NCBI GenBank assembly: GCA_947591575.1
Contig: CANQDI010000002.1
Span: 1-37,250 of the forward strand
Length of the DNA stretch: 37,250 nt
Reading direction: 5' to 3'
Source of the DNA: an uncultured Bacilli bacterium
Lineage (GTDB): Bacteria; Bacillota_I; Bacilli_A; RF39; UBA660
Shown here: one piece after another, positions 1 through 8,751 of the stretch
Layout: each line of letters begins with the position of its first letter
How positions within the stretch are numbered: position 1 is the first letter of the stretch
Notes under the pieces: generated by a model
Told to the model about the DNA's origin: nothing
Seen by the model: the letters and a program-made list of their open reading frames with translations, nothing else
Database searches by the model: none
Translations under genes and position numbers: made by a program

Positions 1-137
1 ATATAACAGTTAAAGCACTATTTAATTGTAGATAATTATATGAATAACATTGGTAACATCTTTTAAATGAACAGTATTTACCACACTTTAATCTTTCATT
101 TAGCATGCATCTCTTTTACTTATCTCCTAATTTGTCT

Positions 138-2177
138 CTATGGTTGATTGGTTTTACTCTTTAAAATACGTAATGTATTGAGAATAGTCAAAATTGTCAC
201 ACCCACATCAGCAAATACAGCCTGCCACATTGTAACCAAATCGAATAATGAAAAAATTAATGTTCCTAGTTTAATGCCAAGCGAAAACACCAAATTTTCT
301 ACAATAATATGATGAACAAAAGAAGAAATTTGGAGTGCTTCTAAAATTTTAGAAGGGTGGTCTTCCATCAAAACAACATCACTTGCTTCAATCGCCGCAC
401 TACTTCCTATTCCTCCCATTGAAATACCAATATCACTTCTTCGTAAAGCAGGACTATCATTAATTCCATCTCCCACAAAGGCTGTATATGATTTATCTTG
501 TAACAGGTTTTCTAATGCCTCATATTTTTCTTGTGGAAGTAATTCAGCTTGAATATGTTCTATGCCTATTTTTTTTCCAATTTTATCAGCAACTTCCCTT
601 TTATCACCTGTAAACATAAATGTTTCTATTTTCTTCTTTTTCAAAGATGATATGGTCTTTTTAGCATCACTCTTGACAGTGTCTTCTAAGACAAGAGCAC
701 CTTGATACTTGTCATTAATTGACAAATATAAAACAGTTTCATCTATAATTTGATTTACCTTTACATATTTAGCATTTCCAACTTTGATCTTCTTGTCATG
801 ATAGATATAGGAAAGTCCCTTCCCCGTTTCTTCTTTAAATTGTGTGACTTCCTTAAGTGGTAATGGTCTTTTATTAGAAGAAGTAATTGCTTTTGCAAGA
901 GGATGATTAGAAAAGGATTCTCCCAAAGCCATATAAAACAATATATCTTCCTCTTTTGTTTCTCCAACAGGAAGTATTTTAGAAACATGGAAATCTCCCG
1001 TTGTCAAAGTTCCTGTCTTATCAAATACAATCTTTTTTATCCATCTTAATTTATCCAGATAAACACTTCCCTTTACAAGAATCCCTTTCTTACTTAACAC
1101 ACCTATTCCTGTAAAATAAGCTAGTGGAACGGAAATAGCAATCGAACAAGGACAAGAGACAACCAAAAATAGTAAAGCATGATAAACACTAGTTTGATAA
1201 GTAGCAGTCGTAAAAATAGGCAAGATGAGTCCTACCAAAATGGCAAGAATGATGACAATAGGTGTATAAATTGCAGCTCCTTTTGATACAAAGGTTTCAG
1301 ATTTTGCTTTTTGACTACTTGCATGTTCCATCAAATTTAAAATTCTACTCGCCGTACTATCTTCATATTTTTTAGTAGTTTTAATATGAATTGCATCTTT
1401 CATATTAATGGTTCCTGATAATAGTAGTTCACCCTTTTCTTTAATCTGGTATGTACTTTCTCCAGTTAAAGATTTTGCATCAATTTCCGTTACATCCTCT
1501 AAAAGAGTACCATCAATAGGAATTTTTTCTCCTTTTTTTACAAGAATAGTACTACCTACTCTGACATCTTCTGGTGAAACTTCTATATAAGAATTGCCTT
1601 TTTTTAAATAAGCGGAAGGAACTTGCAAGTCCATTAAATCAGAAATCGATTTTCTACTTTTTTCAATAGCCTTACTCTCTAAAATTTTTCCAATTTCGTA
1701 TAAGAATAAAACCATAAATCCCTCACTCGATTTCCCAATGAGATAAGCACCTATAGCAGAAATAACAATTAAGCTATTTTCATTAAGTGTCTTTGTCCTC
1801 AAATTATAATAAGCTTTTTTTAAAGTCTTTAGAATCAAAACTACATAAGAGCAAACGATCAATAGAGGTTTTAAAATATCAGGCACTATAAAACTCATAA
1901 GAAAGAGAATCACTCCCAAGAAAATACGAAAAATATCTCCGCTGTTCTCAGTACTTTCTTCTTTTAATTCTTCTAGAGATACATCAGGTTCTACTTTTTG
2001 AAGTTCTTGAACTAATTTTTCTTTGGAATATTCCTCTTCTGTTTCAAATTGAAGTGTTTCCATCGCAAAATTAAGAGAAATGTTTGAAAATTTTTTTTCA
2101 TTTCGAAGATAATCTTCTACTCTTTGAGCACACATTGCACAATCCAACCCTGTTATCTTATATTTATATTTCTTCAA
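138..2177 (-). CDS. cadA: Heavy-metal translocating P-type ATPase, Zn/Cd/Pb (P1B-2) type
   Basis: 679 aa. N-terminal HMA domain with GLDCAMC (CxxC). TM6 CPC motif (SCPCSIAIS). DKTGTLT phosphorylation site and GDGINDSPAL hinge. TM7 N-x7-K (NLVFSLGIK) and TM8 DxG (ADVGV) fit the Zn/Cd/Pb subgroup. The start overlaps the stop of the upstream repressor gene by 14 nt. Confidence 0.9.
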   Translation of the reverse strand: MKKYKYKITGLDCAMCAQRVEDYLRNEKKFSNISLNFAMETLQFETEEEYSKEKLVQELQKVEPDVSLEELKEESTENSGDIFRIFLGVILFLMSFIVPDILKPLLIVCSYVVLILKTLKKAYYNLRTKTLNENSLIVISAIGAYLIGKSSEGFMVLFLYEIGKILESKAIEKSRKSISDLMDLQVPSAYLKKGNSYIEVSPEDVRVGSTILVKKGEKIPIDGTLLEDVTEIDAKSLTGESTYQIKEKGELLLSGTINMKDAIHIKTTKKYEDSTASRILNLMEHASSQKAKSETFVSKGAAIYTPIVIILAILVGLILPIFTTATYQTSVYHALLFLVVSCPCSIAISVPLAYFTGIGVLSKKGILVKGSVYLDKLRWIKKIVFDKTGTLTTGDFHVSKILPVGETKEEDILFYMALGESFSNHPLAKAITSSNKRPLPLKEVTQFKEETGKGLSYIYHDKKIKVGNAKYVKVNQIIDETVLYLSINDKYQGALVLEDTVKSDAKKTISSLKKKKIETFMFTGDKREVADKIGKKIGIEHIQAELLPQEKYEALENLLQDKSYTAFVGDGINDSPALRRSDIGISMGGIGSSAAIEASDVVLMEDHPSKILEALQISSFVHHIIVENLVFSLGIKLGTLIFSLFDLVTMWQAVFADVGVTILTILNTLRILKSKTNQP

Positions 2178-2448
2178 TATGTTCGCGTCCTTTCAAAAAA
2201 ATGTCTTTAATATGCTCATCATCTAAACTATAGTAAATCGTTGTCTTATCTCTTCGAAACTTTACTAAATGACTCTGTTTTAAGATTCTTAATTGATGAG
2301 AAATGGCAGATTGTGTTGTTCCTACAATTTTAGCAAGTTCAAATACACACAATTCTTTTTCTAAAAGTGCTGCGATGATTTTAATTCGAGTAGAATCAGC
2401 AAATACTTTAAAAAATTCTGCTAAATCATAGATTTGTTCATCTTTCAT
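2164..2448 (-). CDS. ArsR/SmtB-family metal-sensing repressor with an alpha5 site (CzrA/SmtB-like)
   Basis: 94 aa winged-HTH protein (ELCVFELAKIVGTTQSAISHQLRILK). The C-terminal DEH-x10-H-x2-E (DDEHIKDIFLKGREHIEE) matches the DxHx10Hx2E alpha5 Zn/Co site. Translationally coupled to the ATPase gene. Confidence 0.85.
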   Translation of the reverse strand: MKDEQIYDLAEFFKVFADSTRIKIIAALLEKELCVFELAKIVGTTQSAISHQLRILKQSHLVKFRRDKTTIYYSLDDEHIKDIFLKGREHIEEI

Positions 2449-2459
2449 GAGATCACCCT

Positions 2460-2489
2460 TTTATATATGAATACTTGTTCATATATAAA
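2460..2489. promoter_or_regulatory. Candidate ArsR/SmtB operator (12-6-12 perfect inverted repeat)
   Basis: The repeat reads tttatatatgaa-tacttg-ttcatatataaa. Its TGAA-N6-TTCA core with ATA flanks has the same geometry as the published 12-2-12 SmtB/CzrA operator consensus (aATAxxTGAACAxxTGTTCAxxTATt). It lies 12-41 nt upstream of the repressor ATG. Confidence 0.55.
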
Positions 2490-2518
2490 TATATGATACT
2501 TTCTTTAAAAAGTAAAGT

Positions 2519-2830
2519 CTATTTACTCTCTTTTTCGATCAATTCTTCTAATTTTTGATATTTTTGAATTAATAATTCATCATATTTCTTTAATAAATCC
2601 ATTTTCTTACTCTTTGAAAAAATATTTTCTTTTAAAATTTCTTTCCTTAATGAATTTCTCTTTTCTTCAATCGGCATAATTATAAGTTTTTTATACATAC
2701 TAATTTTATCTTGCATTTTTATCACTACTTCCTTGATTTTATTATAGTGGTTATAAAGCCAATAGTCAAACGGCATATTTGATTGATAGAATTTCTTATA
2801 GATTAGGTGGAAATATGGAAAAAATGACAA
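2519..2830 (-). CDS. Hypothetical small coiled-coil protein, start uncertain
   Basis: 103 aa maximal ORF with a Lys/Glu-rich helical C-terminus. The maximal start overlaps the divergent HTH gene. The internal ATG at 2716 (65 aa) has an upstream AAGGAAG and is a more plausible start. I recognise no family. Confidence 0.35.
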   Translation of the reverse strand: MSFFPYFHLIYKKFYQSNMPFDYWLYNHYNKIKEVVIKMQDKISMYKKLIIMPIEEKRNSLRKEILKENIFSKSKKMDLLKKYDELLIQKYQKLEELIEKESK

Positions 2831-3060
2831 AGGTTGATGTAGGAAATGGAGAATATCGCTTTAAATTAGAAGGACTTCTTGACAAAAAACAGATTAGTAA
2901 AAACAAGTTAATGAGAGACACTGAAACAGATTTTAAAGTTATTCAAAGAATTGCTAAAGGAACCATTACAAAAGTCGATATTTATGTACTTGCTAGAATT
3001 TGTGATTATTTAGATTGTAGTATTACCGATATTATTGATTATCAAAAGAAAAAGAATTAA
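2815..3060 (+). CDS. Cro/C1 (XRE, HTH_26-like) transcriptional regulator
   Basis: 81 aa counted from the ATG at 2815, which is preceded by AGGTGG (2805-2810). HTH core is ISKNKLMRDTETDFKVIQRIAKGTITKVDIYVLARICDYLDCSITDII. The ORF-track TTG start at 2779 has no RBS. Confidence 0.75.
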   Translation: MEKMTKVDVGNGEYRFKLEGLLDKKQISKNKLMRDTETDFKVIQRIAKGTITKVDIYVLARICDYLDCSITDIIDYQKKKN

Positions 3061-3086
3061 AAAAAAGAGAAAACGCTCTCTTTCTT
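3061..3086. terminator. Bidirectional intrinsic terminator candidate between the convergent HTH and dut genes
   Basis: Stem aaagaga / tctcttt with loop aaacgc. An A-run lies on the left and T-rich sequence on the right. Confidence 0.45.
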
Positions 3087-3100
3087 AATAGATTCTTTTT

Positions 3101-3556
3101 TTATTTATCGGTAGAACCAAATCCACCTTTACGAATTCCTTCTGCCCTATCATCATCAACTACTAAAAACTTTTGAAAGATAACTTGTCCAATCACATCG
3201 CCTTTATGAACAATCAACTCTTCATTTTTAAAATTATAATATTGAAAGTAAAAATGACCATCATTACTTTCATTTTCATAGTAATCTGCATCAACGATTC
3301 CAATACTATTGCACATTACGAATCCCTTTTTAGGACCACCACTACGATTTACCAGCATATAGTATTCATCTTCTTGACAATAAGCCTTAAGACCTGTTGG
3401 AATTAAAACTGGTTTTTGTCCAAGTTGAAAAGGTGGTATGATTACATCTTCAGCTGCTTCTATATCATAACCAGCTGAATGTTTTGTTTTTCTAGTTGGA
3501 AGATGAATATCCTTATCTTCCCATCCTTTTGCAATTTCAAATCCTCTTTGTCTCAT
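3101..3556 (-). CDS. dut: dUTP diphosphatase (trimeric dUTPase)
   Basis: 151 aa. Contains the dUTPase motifs AGYDI, GIVDADY and a C-terminal RKGGFGSTDK. Starts 10 nt downstream of the nrdG stop. Confidence 0.9.
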   Translation of the reverse strand: MRQRGFEIAKGWEDKDIHLPTRKTKHSAGYDIEAAEDVIIPPFQLGQKPVLIPTGLKAYCQEDEYYMLVNRSGGPKKGFVMCNSIGIVDADYYENESNDGHFYFQYYNFKNEELIVHKGDVIGQVIFQKFLVVDDDRAEGIRKGGFGSTDK

Positions 3557-3565
3557 AAAATCTCC

Positions 3566-4141
3566 TTAACTATTTAATGTACACGAAACAACCTGTGGTT
3601 CGTTATTTTCTACTGCAAATTGACTATTATCAATATATAGAACAATTTGATCTTGATCTAAACTTTTTTTCACATCAATAATTCTTTGATTGCTACTACC
3701 AACATAGTGAAGTTTATCTTCTTTTAATTTCATAATGAAGCGTCCCTCTAAAATAACATCAATATTTTTGAGAATCTCTTCTAAATTGGCATCTAATTCT
3801 CTTTGAGCCATTAATTCTTCCCAAGTATATCCAGTATAAAGCCAAATTGTTTTATGAGGATAAAGTTGTCTTATATTGGTCACTAAATCACGGATAGTCT
3901 TTCGATTTCCTAAATAAAGTGGATCTCCCCCTGATAAAGTAAGACCACTACACCAATCTTGATCTAATTGCTCGTAAATTTCTTTGATCGTATCATCATC
4001 AAAAGGAACACCATCTTCAGGATCCCAAGTCAGTGCATTTTGGCACCCTGGACATTGATGAGAACAACCACTTACCCAAAGAACAACGCGAAGTCCTTCA
4101 CCATTTAACATATCTGCTTTTGTTATATTATGATATTTCAT
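3566..4141 (-). CDS. nrdG: Anaerobic ribonucleotide reductase activating protein (radical SAM)
   Basis: 191 aa. CX3CX2C cluster (GCSHQCPGCQN). The start abuts the nrdD stop (4141/4142). Confidence 0.9.
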   Translation of the reverse strand: MKYHNITKADMLNGEGLRVVLWVSGCSHQCPGCQNALTWDPEDGVPFDDDTIKEIYEQLDQDWCSGLTLSGGDPLYLGNRKTIRDLVTNIRQLYPHKTIWLYTGYTWEELMAQRELDANLEEILKNIDVILEGRFIMKLKEDKLHYVGSSNQRIIDVKKSLDQDQIVLYIDNSQFAVENNEPQVVSCTLNS

Positions 4142-6346
4142 CTACATTGATTTCCTTTCTGCAATTTCCACCATTTTTGCTCGATTTAATCTAGTATCAC
4201 CGTGAACTCTTGAATAAGAAAGGTAACCATTCATACGATCGATTTTAGTAAGATCAGCACTGCCACATTTTGGACAAACATCCATATCCAATTCTTCATG
4301 TCCACAGACATTGCAGTAAGAAAGGGATAAATTAACACCTTCATAAAATCCTTTTTCCATTGCACGTTCTACATAAGTAATCATTGCTTCTTTATTATAA
4401 TTTAAATTGTAGCGAACATATTGAATTCTTCCACCACGGAATAGATCCCAAAATCTTCCTTCCAAGTCTTGTTTTTGAATACCAGTAATATCCTCCCAAA
4501 CGCCACAGTGAAAACTATTAGAAACATATTCTCTGTCAGAAACACCTTTTACAATACCATATTTTTTCCTAAATTGTTCTACTTGAGTACCACAAAGGCT
4601 TTCAGCTGGCGTACCATAAATAGCATAAAGAATTCCATCTTCTTTTTTGTAATCTTGGATCTTTTTATTAATATATTTCATTACTTCTAAGGCAAATTCT
4701 CCATCTTCAACAAGACTTTTTCCATTATAAAGTTCTTGCAATTCATTAAGAGCCGTAATTCCAAAAGAAGCAGTAGAAGATTTTAACAATGGTTCAATTG
4801 GTTCATTTGGTTTTAAGTGTCCTCCATAGAATCCACCTTCACAATAAGCGAGTGGACTAATAGATGCTTTTTTCTTTGCTAAATAATGGTAAGTACGAAT
4901 ATGAATTTTACGAATCATTTCAAGATAATAATCTAATACTTCATAAAAATCTTTCTGTTCCTCTCTTGCTTTTGCTAAAATCATAGGTAAATTAAGGGAA
5001 ACAGCTCCAATATTAAATCTTCCAATAAATACAGGTTTATCATCTTCATCAGCTGGTTCCATTCCTCCACGTTCAAACCATGGTGACAAGAAAGCACGGC
5101 ATCCCATAGGGCTGACAATTTTTCCATACTTTTTAAACATTTCAGGGACATATCCTTCTCCTGTTAAAGATAAATAGTCTGGATACATTGTTTTGGCACT
5201 ACAATCAAGTGCTGTATCAAATAAATGATACATTTTCTTTCCACGGCCATGAAGATTTTTATCATAAAGAAATACAAGTTTTGGAAACAACGTTGGTTTT
5301 CTAAATCCTGGTTTCCCTTGTCCTTTCATATGGGTATTTAAAATCACTTCAGAGATCATCTGCCCAAAAGGATCTTCTTCATGTCCAAAAGTGAAGGTTA
5401 CAAATGGATAATCGCCCCTACTTGAACCTACACTATTTAATTTATATTCAATTCCTTGGTATCCTTGTTCACATTCACGACGTGTTTTCTTCCAAGCATA
5501 CTCTTCTGCTTTTGTAGGTTCCTCGCCACCAGTAATTTTCATATACTCTTCATAATACTTATTATAACTTTTCTTAGCATAAGGTGTTAAAATCGTATCT
5601 ACTTCAGGAACAGTGAAACCTCCATACTGCATGGCAGCTGTATTAATAATGACATCTCCCATTACATCATAAGCTGTATCAAGACTTTTGGGTTCATTAT
5701 ACCAAAGATTTCCCATTTCAAATCCATCTTTCATCACTGAACCAACGTCGCATAAGCAACAGTTCATTGTATCACGTCTTGCACTCATATCGTGTACATA
5801 GATATATCCATCCTCACAAGCTTCCACTTCAACTTTTGTAAGAAAGAATTTTTTATAAAGTTCTTTATTTAAATTGCCATAAACTAAACTACGTTGTGTT
5901 GATACAAGAGCACTATCTGTATTAGAGTTTTCTTTATCTCCTATATAACTAATTGCCTGTGCTTTTTTATAAACATTATCCAAAATATGAACAAAATCAT
6001 TTTTATAATTACGGTATTCACGATAACTCTTCGCAACAAGCGGATTTACTTGTTCAAGAGCTGCCTCTACACAATTATGAATTTGATTAACCTCCGCATC
6101 ACTCGTTTGATTTTTTAATAAATCAATAACAATGTTTACAACCTCTTCTTTTGCTTCCTGTGTTAAATCAACCATTACTCGCTCAGCACTTTTCTCAATC
6201 GCAGCTTGAATTTTCTCACCATCAAATGGTTGCCTTGTCCCATTCTTCTTAATAATATTAATTTTGGGATTATTATACTTCTTTTTTGGTCTTCCTCTTT
6301 CTATTGTCTTTTCTTCCTTTTTCTCCTTCACATTTGTCTTTGTCAT
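4142..6346 (-). CDS. nrdD: Anaerobic ribonucleoside-triphosphate reductase (class III)
   Basis: 734 aa. N-terminal ATP-cone (IKKNGTRQPFDGEKIQAAIEKS). NCCL and MGCRAFL active-site Cys motifs. C-terminal Zn ribbon (CNVCGHE...CPKCGS). Glycyl-radical motif RMNGYL. Confidence 0.95.
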   Translation of the reverse strand: MTKTNVKEKKEEKTIERGRPKKKYNNPKINIIKKNGTRQPFDGEKIQAAIEKSAERVMVDLTQEAKEEVVNIVIDLLKNQTSDAEVNQIHNCVEAALEQVNPLVAKSYREYRNYKNDFVHILDNVYKKAQAISYIGDKENSNTDSALVSTQRSLVYGNLNKELYKKFFLTKVEVEACEDGYIYVHDMSARRDTMNCCLCDVGSVMKDGFEMGNLWYNEPKSLDTAYDVMGDVIINTAAMQYGGFTVPEVDTILTPYAKKSYNKYYEEYMKITGGEEPTKAEEYAWKKTRRECEQGYQGIEYKLNSVGSSRGDYPFVTFTFGHEEDPFGQMISEVILNTHMKGQGKPGFRKPTLFPKLVFLYDKNLHGRGKKMYHLFDTALDCSAKTMYPDYLSLTGEGYVPEMFKKYGKIVSPMGCRAFLSPWFERGGMEPADEDDKPVFIGRFNIGAVSLNLPMILAKAREEQKDFYEVLDYYLEMIRKIHIRTYHYLAKKKASISPLAYCEGGFYGGHLKPNEPIEPLLKSSTASFGITALNELQELYNGKSLVEDGEFALEVMKYINKKIQDYKKEDGILYAIYGTPAESLCGTQVEQFRKKYGIVKGVSDREYVSNSFHCGVWEDITGIQKQDLEGRFWDLFRGGRIQYVRYNLNYNKEAMITYVERAMEKGFYEGVNLSLSYCNVCGHEELDMDVCPKCGSADLTKIDRMNGYLSYSRVHGDTRLNRAKMVEIAERKSM

Positions 6347-6599
6347 TTTTTAACACCTCTCTCTATTTTTGTGATATTCCAATCATATCTTGTTTTTTTG
6401 TTATTTATTCTACTTTTTACTATTTGTAAACTTTTTTATTTGTTTGGTTTACACTAAAAAGAAGACAAAAAAAACATATGGCTAAAAGAAGAAGAAAAAT
6501 GCTTCTTTTTCCTTATTTTTCAGTCGCTTTTGCTACTACAAAGTGCCATTTTTAAAAATGTTTTTTTTGAGAACTTTTTTGTGTATTATATTTATATTA

Positions 6600-6628
6600 T
6601 TGATTTTTCAATGTTTTTAAAGTATAAT
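6600..6628 (+). promoter_or_regulatory. Sigma-A-type promoter for the NrdD-like paralog
   Basis: TTGATT (6600-6605), a 17 nt spacer, then TATAAT (6623-6628). AGGAGG at 6642-6647 lies 9 nt before the TTG start. Confidence 0.6.
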
Positions 6629-6656
6629 AAAAGAAGAAACAAGGAGGTGTCAATCA

Positions 6657-8744
6657 TTGGAAAAAATGACATTATTTGACACTCTAATCGTTGTGAAGAG
6701 AAGTGGACAACGAACAACCTTTCAAGGTGAAAAAATTGCTATTGCAATTAAAAAGGCCTTTGATAGTGTTGAAAACAACTATAAAGAGGAAGATGCCAAT
6801 AAGGTATATGAAGCTGTTTTAAAAACCATTGAAAAAGAATATATAGATCGTAAAACCATCCAAATTGAAGATATCCAAGATCTTATTGAAATGACACTAC
6901 AGAAAAAAAATTATCAAGATGTTTTTTTGTCATTTAAAACTTATCGTGAACATCGCAATGCTTCTCGAAAAAGTTTTATTACAAAGCAACAACACAAATT
7001 TTTAAAAACAATCGAGACATTAGGATTTAATAAAGAAGAAGAAAATGCTCTATTAAAAAGGAAAAGTCCCAGTCAACTACTAGAAAATTATGGAACAACA
7101 ATTGCATCTGGTTTTACAAAATCTTACTTATTAGATACAAAAATTGTAAGAGCAATTGATAGCGGACTGATTGGCATTTCTCATCTAGAATCCATTGCTT
7201 TAGGAAGTATTGAAAGTATTGAGTTAGATGTAAGTAGACTCTTTAAAGAAAAAATTCTATTAACAACAAAACAAGACTACCTCGTTCAAAATATTGACGA
7301 CTTTTTTGATAGCTTACTTCTTTTAATAAAATCTTGTGCTCACTCTGTTTATGGACAAATACAAATTTCTAACCTAGATTATGATATCGTTCCTTATATT
7401 CTTACTACTTATAAAGAATGTCTACAAGAAGAAATCAATGATTTTTTAGAATTTAGTGGATTTAAAATGTTTCTTAGTGGTGATAGAATAAAAAAGGAAA
7501 TTGATCGCTTAGGAAGTATAAAGGAAAACATTACTTTACTAGATGAACTTTGTTCACAAGAAGAATTATTAGAAATTTCTTTCAAAAGAGCCATACAACT
7601 TGCCAAAGAAAAAACAAATAAGAGGATCCATAAGAGTCTTACTCGATTCCTTATAAACTTAAATTCTATTTATGATAAACTAGAAAACTTTCCTAAAATA
7701 AGCATAGGAATGGGTACTGCTACTCAAGAAGAGGCAAAAATTTTTATGCAAATTTTATTAGAAATTGCAAAACAAGAAGACTATTTGGAACCAACTTATG
7801 TTTTTAAATTAAAGAAAGGAAAAAATATTGAAGAAAATGATCCAAATTATCATTTATTAGAATCTTATCTTCACCTTGCCATTAAAAGTAAAAAATTTTT
7901 ATTTGCCAATTTGGAAGCTAAACAAAATAGAAAATATTATGAGGAAGGTGTTCCGAATAGTGAAATTTGTTATTTTAGCGATGGAAGTAGAGTTGTCGAA
8001 GATTCTACAATACAAGATGCAAGGATTATGGGAGGTAAAGGAAATTTATTTACCTGCTCTATTAATTTACCTCGATTGGGATTTAAAGTGAAAGATATGA
8101 AGAACAAAGAAGAAGCTTTCTTTTCACTCCTTCAACAATCCTTAGAACTCGCAAAAGATACTTTACTATCCTCTTTTGAATTACTTACCAACAAAAAATG
8201 TGAGGAGTTTCCATTTTTATTAGGCCAAAACATTTGGCAAGATGGAAGAAATGTGAAAGAAACAGACCGATTAAGGAAATTATTTAAACATGGTACATTG
8301 TCTATTCATTTTGTAGGTCTCGAGGAATCTTTATCTCTTTTAACGCAAGAGGAAGATAGCTTAAAAAAGGAAAAATTAGGAACCAAAATACTTGAGTTCA
8401 TGCAAGAAAAAGTGATGTCATACTGCATTTTACATAATCTAAACTTTACTTTATCTGCTAAAAAAGATGATTACATTTGTAAAGAATTTAATCAAATTGA
8501 TACAGCTATTTATGGTAAAAACAAAGGAATTACTACAAAAGATGCATACCACAATGGATTTGAAAAAGATGTATTAAGCTGGAAAGAAACATTAGAGATA
8601 GAAGCTAAATATCACTCTTATACGTGGGGTGGACACCTCAGTTGTTTTTCTCTTTCCAAAAAAGATATATCTCAAATAAAAGCAATCTTAAATGACATAG
8701 AAAAAGAAGCTATTGGTGCTTTCTACTTGGAAGCAAAACATTAG
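6657..8744 (+). CDS. ATP-cone plus NrdD-like barrel paralog lacking the Zn-ribbon/glycyl-radical domain
   Basis: 695 aa with a TTG start. ATP-cone is VVKRSGQRTTFQGEKIAIAIKKAF. It is collinear with the adjacent NrdD: NIDDFFDSLLLLIKSCAHSVYGQIQISNLDYDIVPYILTTYKE aligns with SLDTAYDVMGDVIINTAAMQYGGFTVPEVDTILTPYAKKSY, GKGNLFTCSINLPRLG with GRFNIGAVSLNLPMIL, and GTLSIHFVGLEES with STASFGITALNEL. The protein ends exactly where the NrdD Zn ribbon begins. Confidence 0.8.
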   Translation: MEKMTLFDTLIVVKRSGQRTTFQGEKIAIAIKKAFDSVENNYKEEDANKVYEAVLKTIEKEYIDRKTIQIEDIQDLIEMTLQKKNYQDVFLSFKTYREHRNASRKSFITKQQHKFLKTIETLGFNKEEENALLKRKSPSQLLENYGTTIASGFTKSYLLDTKIVRAIDSGLIGISHLESIALGSIESIELDVSRLFKEKILLTTKQDYLVQNIDDFFDSLLLLIKSCAHSVYGQIQISNLDYDIVPYILTTYKECLQEEINDFLEFSGFKMFLSGDRIKKEIDRLGSIKENITLLDELCSQEELLEISFKRAIQLAKEKTNKRIHKSLTRFLINLNSIYDKLENFPKISIGMGTATQEEAKIFMQILLEIAKQEDYLEPTYVFKLKKGKNIEENDPNYHLLESYLHLAIKSKKFLFANLEAKQNRKYYEEGVPNSEICYFSDGSRVVEDSTIQDARIMGGKGNLFTCSINLPRLGFKVKDMKNKEEAFFSLLQQSLELAKDTLLSSFELLTNKKCEEFPFLLGQNIWQDGRNVKETDRLRKLFKHGTLSIHFVGLEESLSLLTQEEDSLKKEKLGTKILEFMQEKVMSYCILHNLNFTLSAKKDDYICKEFNQIDTAIYGKNKGITTKDAYHNGFEKDVLSWKETLEIEAKYHSYTWGGHLSCFSLSKKDISQIKAILNDIEKEAIGAFYLEAKH

Positions 8745-8751
8745 CTTCTTT

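Noticed and set aside
6478-6555. A 25 aa ORF (MAKRRRKMLLFPYFSVAFATTKCHF) in the nrd intergenic region.
   Set aside because: It has no Shine-Dalgarno sequence and no recognisable family, and it sits in poly-A/T-rich sequence where short ORFs arise by chance.
6347-6656. I searched the nrdD / NrdD-like divergent intergenic region for NrdR boxes (16 bp palindrome acaCwAtATaTwGtgt).
   Set aside because: The best candidates (around 6370-6395 and 6580-6596) match only about 9 of 16 positions and are not palindromic. I cannot support an NrdR site by eye. A position weight matrix scan would be needed.
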